This document shows, one piece after another, positions 10,538 through 23,040 of a stretch of 64,000 nucleotides of DNA (its first letter is position 1; each line of letters starts with the position of its first letter). A program made the position numbers and the translations under genes. The stretch comes from an uncultured Candidatus Rokubacteria bacterium (GTDB lineage: Bacteria > Methylomirabilota > Methylomirabilia > Rokubacteriales > CSP1-6). The notes under the pieces are model-generated. The model was not told the DNA's origin and made no database searches. It saw only the letters and a program-made list of their open reading frames with translations. The DNA lies in contig CAVXJS010000014.1 in the NCBI GenBank assembly GCA_963762145.1, forward strand, positions 160,001 to 224,000, in the 5' to 3' direction.

Positions 10538-11095
10538 TCAAGGCCCCTTTCGATCAACCAGTCCGCGGATGACGTCGCGCGCGGCCTCGCTCTTCCAGTC
10601 GCGGCCGCCGACGATCCGGCCGACCAGACGCCCCTCGCGGTCGACCAGGTAGGCGGTGGGCGGTCCAAAGACGCCGTATGCCCGCCCGGTGAGGTCACCC
10701 GAGGCGTCGAGAAGCACCGGCGCGGTGTAGCCGCGGGCGGTCACCGTGCGCTTCACGATGTCCGCGCTCTCGCGAAAGGTGATCAGGAAGACGTCGAGCC
10801 CCTGTCCCTTGAATTCCTCGTAGAGCCGATTGACGGAAGGTAACTCCTCCCGGCAGGTCGTTCACCAGGTGGCCCAGAAGAACAGCAGCAGCGCCTTGCC
10901 CTTCTGGTCTTCGAGCTTCACGGTGCGGCCGTCGAGCGCGGGCAGGGCAAAGGCGGGCGCGGGGCGGGGCGACTCGTAGGCCTGGACGCCCATCTTTTCC
11001 CAGGCCGGCGGCGCGGCGGCGGGTTGCGCCGCCGCGGCCCCGGCCCAGAGCGCGGCCGCGATCAGGGTGACCGCGGCGAGCGGGCGCGCGCTCAC
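10538..11095 (-). CDS. TlpA/ResA-like thiol-disulfide oxidoreductase, selenoprotein (UxxC), with signal peptide
   Basis: FFWATW-TGA(10862-10864)-TTCREELP continues in frame to YGVFGPPTAYLVDREGR; SECIS-like hairpin at +10; GTG start overlaps upstream stop. Confidence 0.9.
10834..10852 (-). promoter_or_regulatory. bacterial SECIS-like hairpin
   Basis: CGGGAGG-AGTTA-CCTTCCG, 7-bp stem (one G-U) starting +10 after UGA. Confidence 0.75.
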
Positions 11096-11652
11096 GCGCC
11101 CGAGTCCTTGAGCGCCTTCAGCACCTCGGCCGGATCGAGCAGGTCGAGCGCATTGTCCTGGATCTTCATGAACCGGACCACGCCGTTCTTGTCGATCACG
11201 TAGTACGCGCGCTTGGCGTAGCGGAAGATCGGGCTCTTCTCGTCGGTGACCAGCGCGTCGTAGCCGGGCAGCATCGTGCGGCGGAAGTCGGACAGGAGGG
11301 GATAGCTGATCTTGTTCTGCTTGGTGAAGGCGTCCAGCGTGGCCGCGTGATCGGCGCTGATGCCCACGACCTGGGCGCCGGCGGCGGTGAACTGGGGCAA
11401 GGTCTCCTCGAAACCGAGGAGCTCCTTGGTTCAGGTATTGGTGAACGCCTGGATGAACGTGAAGACGACGACGGGGCCCTTGGCGGTCAGCTCGGACAGC
11501 TTGACCGGCTTGTTCCCCGGGCCCGGCAGGGTGAAATCGGGCGCTTTCTGGCCAACTTCCAGGGCCGCGGCCGGGCCGGCCGAGCCGAGGACGGCGACGC
11601 CCAGGCCGATCAGCAGCAGGGCCGCGATCAGCAGGGGAGTGATTCGACGCAT
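11092..11652 (-). CDS. secreted peroxiredoxin (AhpC/TSA, BCP/AhpE-like), selenoprotein (TxxU)
   Basis: signal peptide; VGQKAPDFTL; QAFTNT-TGA(11431-11433)-TKEL continues in frame to GISAD, PLLSD, RAYYVIDKNG; AAGGAG SD. Confidence 0.9.
11404..11421 (-). promoter_or_regulatory. bacterial SECIS-like hairpin
   Basis: perfect CTCCTCG-GTTT-CGAGGAG stem-loop starting +10 after UGA. Confidence 0.8.
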
Positions 11653-11739
11653 GGCGCTCTCCTTTCGAGGGTCGAGGGTGACACCCACACAACGAGCGGC
11701 GGGCTCCCGAAGTTTCCAGGCCACGCGCATAATGCTCGC

Positions 11740-12556
11740 ATGAATCGGTCGGTCGCTGCAGAGGCTATCGTCCCGGACCGGATGGCCTGGCGGATCCACC
11801 GGGAGCGGGTGCTGCTGGCCGGCTGGGGCCGGGCCATCCTGCTGCAGATCGCCCACCCGAAAGTGGCGCGCGGGGTGGCCGAGCACAGCGGGTTCGCCAG
11901 CGACCGGTGGGGGCGGCTCCGGCGGCTGCGGCGCACGCTGACCGCGATGCTCGCGCTGACCTTTGGCTCGGAGGCGGAGGCCGCGGCCTCGGCCGCGCGG
12001 ATCAATGCCATCCACGACCGCGTGCACGACCGGCTCGAGGGGCCGGAGGCGTACAGCGCGCACGATCCCGAGCTCGCTCACCTGGGTGCACGCCACCCTG
12101 GTCGAGTCATTCCTGCTGACCTACCGCCTCTTCGTGGGACCGGTGACGAGCGAGGAAGGCGATCGGTACTGCGCGGAGGCCGCCGGCATCGAGCCGGCGC
12201 TCGGCATCCCGCCGGGCCGGCTCCCGCGGACGGAGCGCGCGCTCCGCGAGTATCTGGACGGGATGCTGGCGGGCGGCTCGATCGAGGTGACCGACACCGC
12301 CCGGCGCCTCTCGCTCGAGATCATCAGGCCGCCCGCTCCGGCGATTCTCCGGCCCGCGCTCTGGCTGGCCGCGCTGCCGGCCGTCGGCCTCCTGCCCCCC
12401 TCGATCCGCGAGGCCTACGGGTTCCGGTGGAGTGACGGCCGGGCGCGGGCGCTTGGCGTGCTGGCCGCCGTGACGCGCGGGAGCCTCCCGCTGACGCCGC
12501 CGGGTCTTCGCTACTGGGCGGTGGCGCGCCGGGCGGAGCGGCGGGTGCGGCGGTGA
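11740..12556 (+). CDS. oxygenase MpaB / DUF2236 family protein (one frameshift near 12075)
   Basis: RAILLQIAHPKVARGVAEHS and YSAHDPEL|LTWVHATL lie in different frames. Confidence 0.8.
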
Positions 12557-13011
12557 GCGAGATCACGGTCGGGGTCGAGTCGCCTCGCCAGGCCGACGTC
12601 CTGCGCCTGATCGAGGCGCTCGACGTCTACCAGAGCGGGCTCTACCCGCCCGAGAGCAATCACTTCCTGGACGTGGAGGGGCTCGCGGCGCCGAGCGTGC
12701 GCTTCTTCGTCGTCCGGCGGGACGGACAGGCCCTGGGCTGCGCGGGGCTGCGGCTCGATCCGGCGGGATGGGGTGAGCTGAAGCGGATGTTCGTGGCCCC
12801 GGAGGCCCGAGGGCTCAAGGTGGGGCGGCGCCTCCTCGATCAGATCGAAGAGGAGGCGCGCCGGGAAGGGCTCGTGTCGGTGCGCCTCGAGACCGGCATC
12901 TACCAGCCGGAGGCGCTCGGGCTCTACCGCTCCGCGGGCTACGTGGAGCGGGAGGCCTTCGGCGACTACGTCCCGGACCCGCTCAGCGTCTTCATGGAGA
13001 AGCGCCTCTGA
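12553..13011 (+). CDS. GNAT family N-acetyltransferase
   Basis: ELKRMFVAPEARGLKVG, LETGIYQPEALGLY. Confidence 0.9.
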   Translation: MSEITVGVESPRQADVLRLIEALDVYQSGLYPPESNHFLDVEGLAAPSVRFFVVRRDGQALGCAGLRLDPAGWGELKRMFVAPEARGLKVGRRLLDQIEEEARREGLVSVRLETGIYQPEALGLYRSAGYVEREAFGDYVPDPLSVFMEKRL

Positions 13012-13319
13012 CGACCCCACCACATGCCGCCCAGCACCGCGGCGGTGCCGCCCACCCCGAGAACGCTCAGCATCATGCCGCGCCGGATCGTCTCCCGTCC
13101 GTTGCTCACGCGGACCGCCACGTGGGCCGGCATGGCCTTCAGGTCGGCGCGGATGCGCCAGCGGGCGAAGGCGAGCGGGTCGGCCGGGTGCCAGTAAAGG
13201 CCCTGGTGGTCCGCGACGCAGAGGTGTATCTCGCAGATCTGCGGGTCGACGCATCTCTCGGCTCGCCAGCCGAGCCCACGACCACGCATCCCCGGACTTT
13301 GAAGCGCCAGGCTATCCAT
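12966..13319 (-). CDS. hypothetical protein with C-terminal hydrophobic helix
   Basis: strong AAGGAGGAG SD before ATG13319; Cys/His cluster; overlaps GNAT 3' end by 46 bp. Confidence 0.5.
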   Translation of the reverse strand: MDSLALQSPGMRGRGLGWRAERCVDPQICEIHLCVADHQGLYWHPADPLAFARWRIRADLKAMPAHVAVRVSNGRETIRRGMMLSVLGVGGTAAVLGGMWWGRQRRFSMKTLSGSGT

Positions 13320-13357
13320 TGATGTCGCTCCTCCTTACCCGACGTCTGGACCCAACA

Positions 13358-13432
13358 GCGGAGGCGGGTTGAATCCTCGCCCAGAACCGGTGTGTGGACG
13401 AGGACTCCGCACCTGTTCAACCCGCTCTCCGC
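13358..13432. other. long imperfect inverted repeat / structured RNA candidate
   Basis: GCGGAG-GCGGGTTGAA pairs with TTCAACCCGC-T-CTCCGC; inner TCCTCGCCCA pairs with TGGACGAGGA. Confidence 0.55.
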
Positions 13433-13638
13433 CTCGGGTGTTCCGAACCATCAGCAAGAGCTGGGCCACGGCACGCATGGGCGGTATCCCGAACGAAAGG
13501 GCTGTTCCCGAGCGGTTCTCTCTCGTTTCGCTGCTGCGCGTTAAGAAGGATGCGGCGCGAACTGTGGAAGGAATTACCCTGAGGTAGCGCCCCGGTGGCG
13601 ATCGGCGCCCCACCAAATCACTGTGTTAGAGTACGCCC

Positions 13639-14277
13639 ATGCCTGCGGTGCTGATCACGGTCGAGGGCGTCGAGGGATCCGGCAAATCTACACAATGCGT
13701 CCGGCTCGAGCAGCATTTATCAGAGCGTGGCCTCCAGGTCGTGCGCACCAGCGAGCCCGACGGCACACCGCTGGGCCTGCGGGTGCGGGCGCTGTTCGAG
13801 GCTCCCGGCCCCACGCCGACGCCCCTCACCCAGACCTTCCTGTTCATGGCCGCCCGGCAGGAGCACGTCACGCGGGTCATCGCACCGGCGCTCGCGCGGG
13901 GCGCGGTGGTGATCTCCGACCGTTACGCGGACGCGACGGTGGCGTACCAGGGGTACGGCCAGGGCATGGACGTCCAGACCATCAGGGAGCTGAACATGCT
14001 CGCGACGGGTGGCGTGCTGCCCGACCTCACCCTGGTGCTGGACCTCGACCCGATCGCGGGCATGCGGCGCATCCGGGGACGCGCGCTGGACACCTTCGAG
14101 AAGATGGACACCGCCTTCCACCGCCGCGTGCGCGAGGGCTACCTGGAGATCGCGCGCGCGGACAAGAATCGCGTGGTGGTGCTGGACGCCGATCGCGAGC
14201 CGGACGCGCTGCACGCCGACGTCGTCCGCGCGGTGGACGACCTGCTGGCGCGGCGGGGAGGCGTCCGTGGCGCTTGA
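13639..14277 (+). CDS. tmk: thymidylate kinase
   Basis: EGVEGSGKST P-loop, EPDGT, DRYADAT, AYQG. Confidence 0.95.
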   Translation: MPAVLITVEGVEGSGKSTQCVRLEQHLSERGLQVVRTSEPDGTPLGLRVRALFEAPGPTPTPLTQTFLFMAARQEHVTRVIAPALARGAVVISDRYADATVAYQGYGQGMDVQTIRELNMLATGGVLPDLTLVLDLDPIAGMRRIRGRALDTFEKMDTAFHRRVREGYLEIARADKNRVVVLDADREPDALHADVVRAVDDLLARRGGVRGA

Positions 14278-15157
14278 CGCGATCCGCGATCAGGACGAGG
14301 CGGTCACGCTGCTGCGCCGCGCGATCGCCTCGGAGCGGGTGGCCCACGCCTACGCCTTCGTCGGCCCGGAGGGCTCGGGTCGCCGGGCCACCGCGCTGGC
14401 CTTCGCGGCCGCCCTCGTCGCGCCGCAGGGCGGATCGGGCGCCGTCCGCGTCGAGCGCGGCAGCCATCCCGACGTGCACCTGCTCGGGCCGACCCCGCCG
14501 CCGAGCAATCCCAAGGGCACGCCGGCCCTTCGCATCGAGGCGATCCGGGAGCTGGAGCGCCGGGCCTCGCTCAAGCCGGCCGAGGCCGCCTGGAAGGTCT
14601 TCATCGTGGACGAGGCCGAGAAGATGACGGCCTCGACCCCGCAGGCGCTGCTCAAGACGCTCGAGGAGCCGCCCGCGCGGACCGTGATCATTCTCGTGCT
14701 CTCGCAGATCCGCGCGCTCCCCGCCACCGTGCTCTCCCGCTGTCAGGTGGTGCGCTTCCGCCCCCGGCTCGTGGAGGGCGCGCCCGCGCTCCTCCCCGAC
14801 GTTCGCGGCGAGGCGCATGCCCGCAGCCTGCGGGTCCTGGCCGAGGCGCGCGCGCAGGGGGTCGAGGCCATCCTGCGCCTGGGCGATCAGGTCGGCCGCG
14901 ACCGGCCGGCCGCGGAGGCCTTCGTCCAGGCGTGCTGGCTCTGGCACCGCGATCTGCTCTGCGGGCTGGTCGGCGCGTCCCCGAGCCTGGCCGTCTTCGG
15001 CGAGGCCGCCCTGAAGGCGGGAGGCGCGCGCCCGCTCGAGGAGGTCCTCGCCGCGCTCCGCGATTGCCGCGAGGCGTGGTTCGCGCTGCAGGGGAGCGTC
15101 TCGCCCCGGCTGAGCGTGGAAGTGCTGCTGGGCCGACTCACCGGAAAGGCCGCCTGA
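14267..15157 (+). CDS. holB: DNA polymerase III subunit delta'
   Basis: HAYAFVGPEGSG, HPD, ALLKTLEEPP, TVLSRC; follows tmk. Confidence 0.9.
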   Translation: MALDAIRDQDEAVTLLRRAIASERVAHAYAFVGPEGSGRRATALAFAAALVAPQGGSGAVRVERGSHPDVHLLGPTPPPSNPKGTPALRIEAIRELERRASLKPAEAAWKVFIVDEAEKMTASTPQALLKTLEEPPARTVIILVLSQIRALPATVLSRCQVVRFRPRLVEGAPALLPDVRGEAHARSLRVLAEARAQGVEAILRLGDQVGRDRPAAEAFVQACWLWHRDLLCGLVGASPSLAVFGEAALKAGGARPLEEVLAALRDCREAWFALQGSVSPRLSVEVLLGRLTGKAA

Positions 15158-15158
15158 C

Positions 15159-16050
15159 ATGACCGAGCCGATCGAGCCCGCCGCGACCGCCGCCTCGGTG
15201 GCCGAGGAGACGCCCCAGTACCTGATCGGGGTGCGGCTGCGCGAGCCCCTCTTCGCCGAGGACCATCTGACCACCGACGGCGATCTCCACGTGGGCGATC
15301 TGGTGCTGGTGGACCTGGGAGGCGGCATCGCGGTGGGCGAGGTGCGGCGCCCCAAGCGTCCGCTGCCCTCGTTCAAGCGCGATCGTGTCTACCGCCGGGT
15401 CGTCCGGCGCGCCACCACCGCGGAAGCGAACGAGTGGCGCGACCGCCGGGCGCGCGAGGTGCGTGGGGTGGAGACGTGCCAGCGGATGGCGCGCGCGCGC
15501 TCGCTCGCCATGAAGATCGTCGACGTGGAGATCGAGGCCTCGCGCCGCCGCGTCACCGTCTTCTTCAACTCGGAGGAGCGGGTGGACTTCCGCGACCTCG
15601 TGCGCGACCTCGCCCGCGAGTTCCACGCCCGGATCGAGATGCGCCAGATCGGGGCGCGCGACACCACCAAGCTCCTCGACGGCATCGGCCCGTGCGGCCG
15701 CCAGCTCTGCTGCTCGTCGCACCTGCGCAAGTTCGATCCGATCTCGGTGAAGATGGCCAAGGCGCAGGACATGCCGCTGACCGACAGCCGGCTCCTCGGC
15801 AACTGCGGGCGGCTCAAGTGCTGCCTCCTCTACGAGTTCTCGACCTACGAGGAGCTGCGCTCGCGGCTGCCGCGGGTGAACACCGCCTGCTCCGGCGGAC
15901 TGCGGCGGGGGCGGCTGCATGACCGGCAAGGTGCGGTCGCTCCGGGTCCTGAAGCAGTCGGTGGTCGTCGGCTTCCCGGACGGCACCGAGGCGGAAGTCC
16001 CGCTCGACCAGCTCACCTGGGAAGGGCGCGACCACATCAAGCCGGCCTGA
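15159..16050 (+). CDS. PSP1-domain protein (RicT/YaaT family), frameshift near 15895
   Basis: RVDFRDLVRDL, RIEMRQIGARD, GPCGRQLCC, GNCGRLKCCLLYE; C-terminus in a shifted frame. Confidence 0.85.
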
Positions 16051-16069
16051 CGGCCGGGCGACCCGGCGC

Positions 16070-17991
<1,922 letters not shown>

Positions 17992-17992
<1 letters not shown>

Positions 17993-18747
17993 TGCGCGCC
18001 GTGCTCGGGGAGACGTTCCGCCTCCTCGCCCGACACCTGCACCTCTTCACCCTGATCTCGCTGACGGTGTGGCTGCCCACCCACCTCCTGCTGAACTATC
18101 TGGAGTTCTTCGACCCGGGCGAGGACTCGACCGGCCGAGCGCTACGCATAGTCCTCACCGCGCAGGTGGTGCTCGATCCCTTCGTGGTGAGCGCGCTGCT
18201 GTCCGCGCTCGCCCGTATCAAGCACGGGGTGCCGGTCACCTACTGGCAGGCCCTCGCGGAGGGCTTCAGCGCGTGGCCCCGCCTCATGCTCGTGCGCTTC
18301 GTCGTGATCTGGGTGCTGCTGTTGCCCTCGCTCGGCTGGCTGGCCATCTACCAGGCCGGGCCCGCGGTCCGGATCGTGGGGAGCCTGGGGCTCATCGGAT
18401 TGACCGTGCTGATCCTCGCGCTCCTGGTGCGCTTCGCGCTCGTGGATTCGGCGGTGGTGCTCGGCGGGGCTTCCGTGTTCACCGTCTGGCGGCAGGCGGC
18501 CGAGCTCACCGCGGGCCAGCGCTGGAGCATTCTCTGGACCGCCACCGCGCTCTTCGTGCTGATCTTCGGCGTCGCGATCGCGGGCGGTCAGGCCTTCCGG
18601 ACCGTGCCCGGCGCCAACCACTTCGTGGCGCGGGTGCTCTTCGACTGCATCCTCGCGGTGGCGCAGTCCCTCTTCACGATCGCGCTCTTCCTCTTCTACT
18701 GGCGGAAGCAGGAGATTCCGGCGCCGGTCGAGCCCGCCCGGACGTGA
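17992..18747 (+). CDS. multi-pass membrane hypothetical protein
   Basis: about 6 hydrophobic segments; GTG overlaps metG stop. Confidence 0.75.
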
Positions 18748-19765
18748 CCGACCGGGGTCCCGCGCTCGCGCCGCGCCTGCCGCTGGTCGGCTGGCTCGGC
18801 GGCTGGCCCATCTCGATCTTCTCGCTGGCCCTGGGCCTGGCCACCCTGTTCGTCTTCCGCCGCGGCCTGCCGCACGTGGGCTGGATCGTCGGGCTACCTG
18901 CTGCTCCTGTGGCTGCTCTTCGTCGTGATCACCGAGCTCCGCAGGCCGCTCACCGAGCGGCGGGCGCGGGCTCGTGCTCTCCGCCGCCGACTACACGATC
19001 CAGACGCTCTATCACAACCTGCTGCTCTTCGTGCTGCCCGCCTACTACGCGGCGGCCACGCTCGACTCGCGGAACGTGGTGTTCCCCGCGCTCGTCGCGA
19101 CCGGCGCGCTCGTCACCGCGATCGACCCGGTTTACCGACGGGTGGTGGCCCCCCGGCGCTGGCTCGGCCACGCGCTGATGGGCTTCTCCATCTTCGCTGC
19201 GCTCAACGTCGCGCTGCCCCTGGTCGGCCTCCAGCCCATCCTGGCGCTGCAGGCCAGCGCGGTGATCGCCGCGCTCGCGCTCGCGCCCGCCTTCCGGCGC
19301 GAAGGGGTCTCGGGCTGGCTGCGCGCCCACGCCATGGCGCTGGCCGCGGCGGCGGTCGCGCTGGTGCTGGTCTGGTTCGCGCGGGGGCTCGTGCCGCCCG
19401 CGCCGCTCTTCCTGGCCCGCACGGTGGCCGCGCGCGGCGTGGCCGACCTCGAGCCGGTGGAGCCGGTCGTGGGCGGACTGGTGGCCGCGGCGACCGTGCG
19501 CGAGTGGGGCGAGCTGGCCGCCTACACCGCGGTCTACGCCCCGGCCGGGGTGCGGCAGCGCATCACCCACGTCTGGTGGCGGGACCGGCGGCAGCTCGCC
19601 CGCGTGGTCCTGCCGACCCCGGTGCTGGGTGGCCGGCGCGAGGGATTCCGCACGTATTCGCGCTTCACGGATCTCAAGGCGCCCGTCGCGGGCGCGTATC
19701 GGGTGGATGTGCTGACGGCGTCCGGCCAGCTCATCGGCCGCCTGCGCTTCACCGTCACCCCCTGA
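18744..19765 (+). CDS. membrane protein with DUF2914-like C-terminal domain (frameshifts 18890-18975)
   Basis: LLFVLPAYY, AYTAVYAP, GGRREGFRTYS, GQLIGRLRFTV. Confidence 0.7.
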
Positions 19766-19774
19766 GAGGGCGTC

Positions 19775-21079
19775 ATGGACAGTATATGGATCGAGATGGT
19801 CCTGATCGGCGTGTCCATCATGGCGAACGGATTCTTCGCCGGCTCGGAGATCGCGCTGATCTCGGCCCGCCCGGGCCGCCTGGCCGAGCTGCGCGACAAG
19901 GGACTCTCGGGCGCCGCGGTGGCGGCCGCGCTCAAGCGCGAGCCCGAGCGGTTTCTGGCCACCATCCAGATCGCCATCACCCTGGTGGGGACCCTGGCCT
20001 CCGCGGTCGGCGGAGCGGCGGCGGTGGACGCGCTCCAGCCGTGGCTCGCCGGCCTGAACTTGCCCGGGGCGACCCGGTGGAGCGGGCCGGTGGCCCTCGG
20101 GATCGTGATCCTGCTCATCAGCTTCTTCTCCCTCGTCCTGGGCGAGCTCACGCCGAAGGCGCTGGCCCTGCGCAATCCCGAGTCCTGGGCCGCTCACGTG
20201 GCGCGGCCCATCGCCTGGCTGGTGCGTGTGCTCGACGCGCCGAGCCGGGTCCTCACGTGGTCCACCCGGATCGTCCTGATCGTGATCGGGCACCGCGACA
20301 CCCCGCCGGCCCCGCTGGTCTCCGAGGAGGAGGTGAAGTATCTCGTCCGCGAGGGCGCGTCTCAGGGCGTGTTCGAGGCCCACGAGAGCGACCTCGTCCA
20401 CCGCGTGTTCCAGTTCACCGACACCGCGGTCCGCCACGTCATGTCGCCGCGGCCGAACATCCGGGCCCTCGACATCTCGACGCCGCCGGACGAGGTTCTG
20501 AAGCGGGCGGCCGAGCTGGGCCACACCCGGCTGCCGGTGCATCGCGGGAGCCTGGAGCAGACGGTGGGGGTGGTGGTGATCAAGGATCTGCTGCGCTGCG
20601 CCGCCGAGGGCACGACCCCGGTGCTCGAGCAGCTCCTTCACGCGCCGATCTTCGTGCCGGAGGTGACCCAGGTCAGCGACGTGCTGCGGATGTTTCAGCG
20701 GCGCCGGCTCCACCTGGCCCTGGTGGTGGACGAGTACGGACAGGTGGTCGGGCTCGTCACCACCGAGGACCTGCTGGAAGAGATCGTGGGAGAGATCCGC
20801 GACGAGGGCGACAGCCCGCGGCTCGAATCGGTCACCCGGCTGCCCGACGGCTCCTATATCATCGACGGCACGGCGACGATCCGGGATCTCCGCGAGCAGG
20901 TCGGGCTGCCGCTCGACGACTCGCCCGACTACCAGACGGTCGCCGGCTTCATCCTGCACCGGCTCGGCGTGGTGCCGCGGTCGGGCGCGACGCTCCACGC
21001 GGCCGGCCATCGCTGGACCGTGCTGGACATGGAAGGCCCTCGGATCATGAAGGTGAAGGCGGAGCCGGAGCGAGCCTGA
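19775..21079 (+). CDS. hemolysin/CNNM family protein (DUF21-CBS-CorC)
   Basis: [35 protein letters not shown]. Confidence 0.92.
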   Translation: MDSIWIEMVLIGVSIMANGFFAGSEIALISARPGRLAELRDKGLSGAAVAAALKREPERFLATIQIAITLVGTLASAVGGAAAVDALQPWLAGLNLPGATRWSGPVALGIVILLISFFSLVLGELTPKALALRNPESWAAHVARPIAWLVRVLDAPSRVLTWSTRIVLIVIGHRDTPPAPLVSEEEVKYLVREGASQGVFEAHESDLVHRVFQFTDTAVRHVMSPRPNIRALDISTPPDEVLKRAAELGHTRLPVHRGSLEQTVGVVVIKDLLRCAAEGTTPVLEQLLHAPIFVPEVTQVSDVLRMFQRRRLHLALVVDEYGQVVGLVTTEDLLEEIVGEIRDEGDSPRLESVTRLPDGSYIIDGTATIRDLREQVGLPLDDSPDYQTVAGFILHRLGVVPRSGATLHAAGHRWTVLDMEGPRIMKVKAEPERA

Positions 21080-21871
21080 TGCCGCTCTTCGACACGCACG
21101 CGCATCTGCATTTTCCCGAGCTGCTGGCGGACCTCGACGCGGTGCTGGAGCGCGCGCGGGCCGCCGGGGTGACCGGGATGGTGACCATCGGCACCGATCG
21201 CGAGACCAACCCCGCCGCGGTGGCGCTGGCCGAGCGCGTGCCCGACGGTCTGGGCCACCGTGGGCATTCATCCCCACGACGCGGGCGAGGCGACCGAGGC
21301 GGACTACGAGGCGATGGAGCGGCTGGCCCGCGGGTCGGCCCGGGTGGTGGCGCTGGGGGAGATGGGGCTCGACTTCTTCCGCAACCTCTCGCCCCGAGCG
21401 GCGCAGGAGACGGCGCTGCGCCGGCAGCTCGACATGGCGCGCCGGCTCGGCAAGCCGGTCGTCGTCCACTGCCGCGACGCGCACCCGGAGGCGCTCGCGA
21501 TTCTCGCGGCGGAGCGCGTCCACGAGGTCGGCGGCGTCATGCACTGCTTCTCGGCCGACGTGGACGTGGCCAAGCGCTGCCTCGACCTGGGCCTGATGAT
21601 CTCGCTCGCGGGGCCGGTGACCTACAAGAACGCGCGCGCGCTGCCGGAGGTCGCCCGCTTCGTGCCCGCCGACCGCCTGGTGGTGGAGACCGACTGCCCG
21701 TTCCTGCCGCCCCATCCCCATCGCGGGCAGCGCAACGAGCCCGCGTGGGTGGCGATCACCGCCGCCCACGTGGCCGATCTGCGCGGCGTCTCGTCCGAGG
21801 CGCTCGGCCGGACCGTCACCGAGAACGCGCACCGGCTCTTCCACCTCCCGATCCCCGAGCTCCCCCGCTGA
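21079..21871 (+). CDS. tatD: TatD family hydrolase (frameshift near 21247)
   Basis: DTHAH, GIHPH, GEMGLD, HCRDA, HCFS, ETDCPFL. Confidence 0.9.
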
Positions 21872-21896
21872 TCACCACACACGAAGGAGTCGCCTC

Positions 21897-22676
21897 ATGG
21901 CCTACTCGGACATCCTCTTCGAGGTCAAGAATCAGGTGGCGTGGCTCACGATCAACCGGCCCGACAAGGGCAACACCTTCCGGCGGCAGACCGTGCTCGA
22001 GATGACGCAGGCGCTCAACGAGGCGCGCAACGACGCGGGGGTGCGGGTGGTGGTGATCACCGGCGCGGGCGACCGCTTCTTCTGCATCGGAGGCGAGAAG
22101 GAGCCCAACGACGGCCTGCTGCACTACCACAACGTGCCGCCGGTGGTGGATCTCTACACCCTCATCGACATGATGCCGGTGCCGGTCATCGCGATGGTCA
22201 ACGGGTTCTCGGTGGGCGGCGGCAACGTGCTCGCCAACATGTGCGATCTCACGGTGGCGAGCGAGCAGGCGACCTTCCGGCAGGTGGGACCGGCGATGGG
22301 CTCCTACGACGCGGGGTTCGGCACCTGGTACCTCGAGGACTCGGTGGGGCGCAAGCGCGCGAAGGAGATCTGGTACCTCAACCGCAAGTACAGCGCGAAG
22401 GAAGCGCAGGCGATGGGACTGGTCAACGACGTGGCGCCGCACGCGGAGCTGCGCGCGCGCACCGAGGCGATGTGCGAGGAGCTGAAGAAGCGCGGGCCCC
22501 AGGCGCTCGCCGCGCTGAAGGCCGCCTTCCACGCCCGCCACAACGGGGTGGCCGGCCTCTCGCGCGTGTCGATCGACCACCTGGTCGCGAACTACTACCA
22601 CACCGAGGAAGCCAAGGAGATGGGCCGGGCCTTCAACAGCAAGCAGGACCCCGACCCCGACAAGTTTTATCGGTAG
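21897..22676 (+). CDS. crotonase-family enzyme, MenB/BadI-like
   Basis: INRPDKGN, FCIGG, GGGNVL, GPAMGSYDAGFG, AKEIWYL. Confidence 0.8.
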   Translation: MAYSDILFEVKNQVAWLTINRPDKGNTFRRQTVLEMTQALNEARNDAGVRVVVITGAGDRFFCIGGEKEPNDGLLHYHNVPPVVDLYTLIDMMPVPVIAMVNGFSVGGGNVLANMCDLTVASEQATFRQVGPAMGSYDAGFGTWYLEDSVGRKRAKEIWYLNRKYSAKEAQAMGLVNDVAPHAELRARTEAMCEELKKRGPQALAALKAAFHARHNGVAGLSRVSIDHLVANYYHTEEAKEMGRAFNSKQDPDPDKFYR

Positions 22677-22688
22677 TCCACCTCACAA

Positions 22689-22723
22689 CCCTCTCCCCTC
22701 AGGGGAGAGGGCAGGGTGAGGGG
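22689..22723 (+). repeat. palindromic repeat family A copy (convergent gene junction)
   Basis: CCCTCTCCCC-TCA-GGGGAGAGGG-CAGGGTGAGGGG. Confidence 0.8.
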
Positions 22724-22746
22724 TGGTCGAAGGTGAGAGGGCCGCC

Positions 22747-23040
22747 CTACGCCCGCGCGAGCACGGCGAGCGCCCGCGGCAGATCCGCGGCGGCGACCAG
22801 CAGCAGCACCTCGGCCTGGTGGCCCACGCTGAAGGGATAGACCGAGGGCGCGAGCCGGCTCCGCGGCACCACCGTGATCCCTTCGCTCTCGAGCAGCCCG
22901 CGGACCACGAGGGCTTCCGTCTGATCGCGGCAGCGCCGTGCCTCCACCAGCTCCGCGGCATCGCGACCGGGCGCGGGCGGCTTCGGGGGAGGCGTCGGGA
23001 AGCGGATGATCTTCGCGCGCCGCGCGGCCATGCCGCTCAT
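22747..23040 (-). CDS. DUF2007-like small protein
   Basis: EALVVRGLLESEGI...VLLLVAAADLPRA pattern. Confidence 0.7.
   Translation of the reverse strand: MSGMAARRAKIIRFPTPPPKPPAPGRDAAELVEARRCRDQTEALVVRGLLESEGITVVPRSRLAPSVYPFSVGHQAEVLLLVAAADLPRALAVLARA

Noticed and set aside
10531-10547. Terminal TGA of the TlpA-like gene as a second Sec
   Set aside because: The fold is already complete and there is no GUU-loop hairpin at +10; the local inverted repeat GGGGCCT/AGGCCCC spans the stop and looks like a 3'-end hairpin
13358-13432. tRNA (including tRNA-Sec), SRP, 6S or known riboswitch
   Set aside because: No cloverleaf, UCA anticodon arm, CCA end or recognisable conserved riboswitch/SRP motif; kept only as an unknown structure
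21897-22676. Assigning the symbol menB
   Set aside because: No other men genes are in the window and the motifs deviate (FCIGGE); it could equally be a BadI-like ring hydrolase
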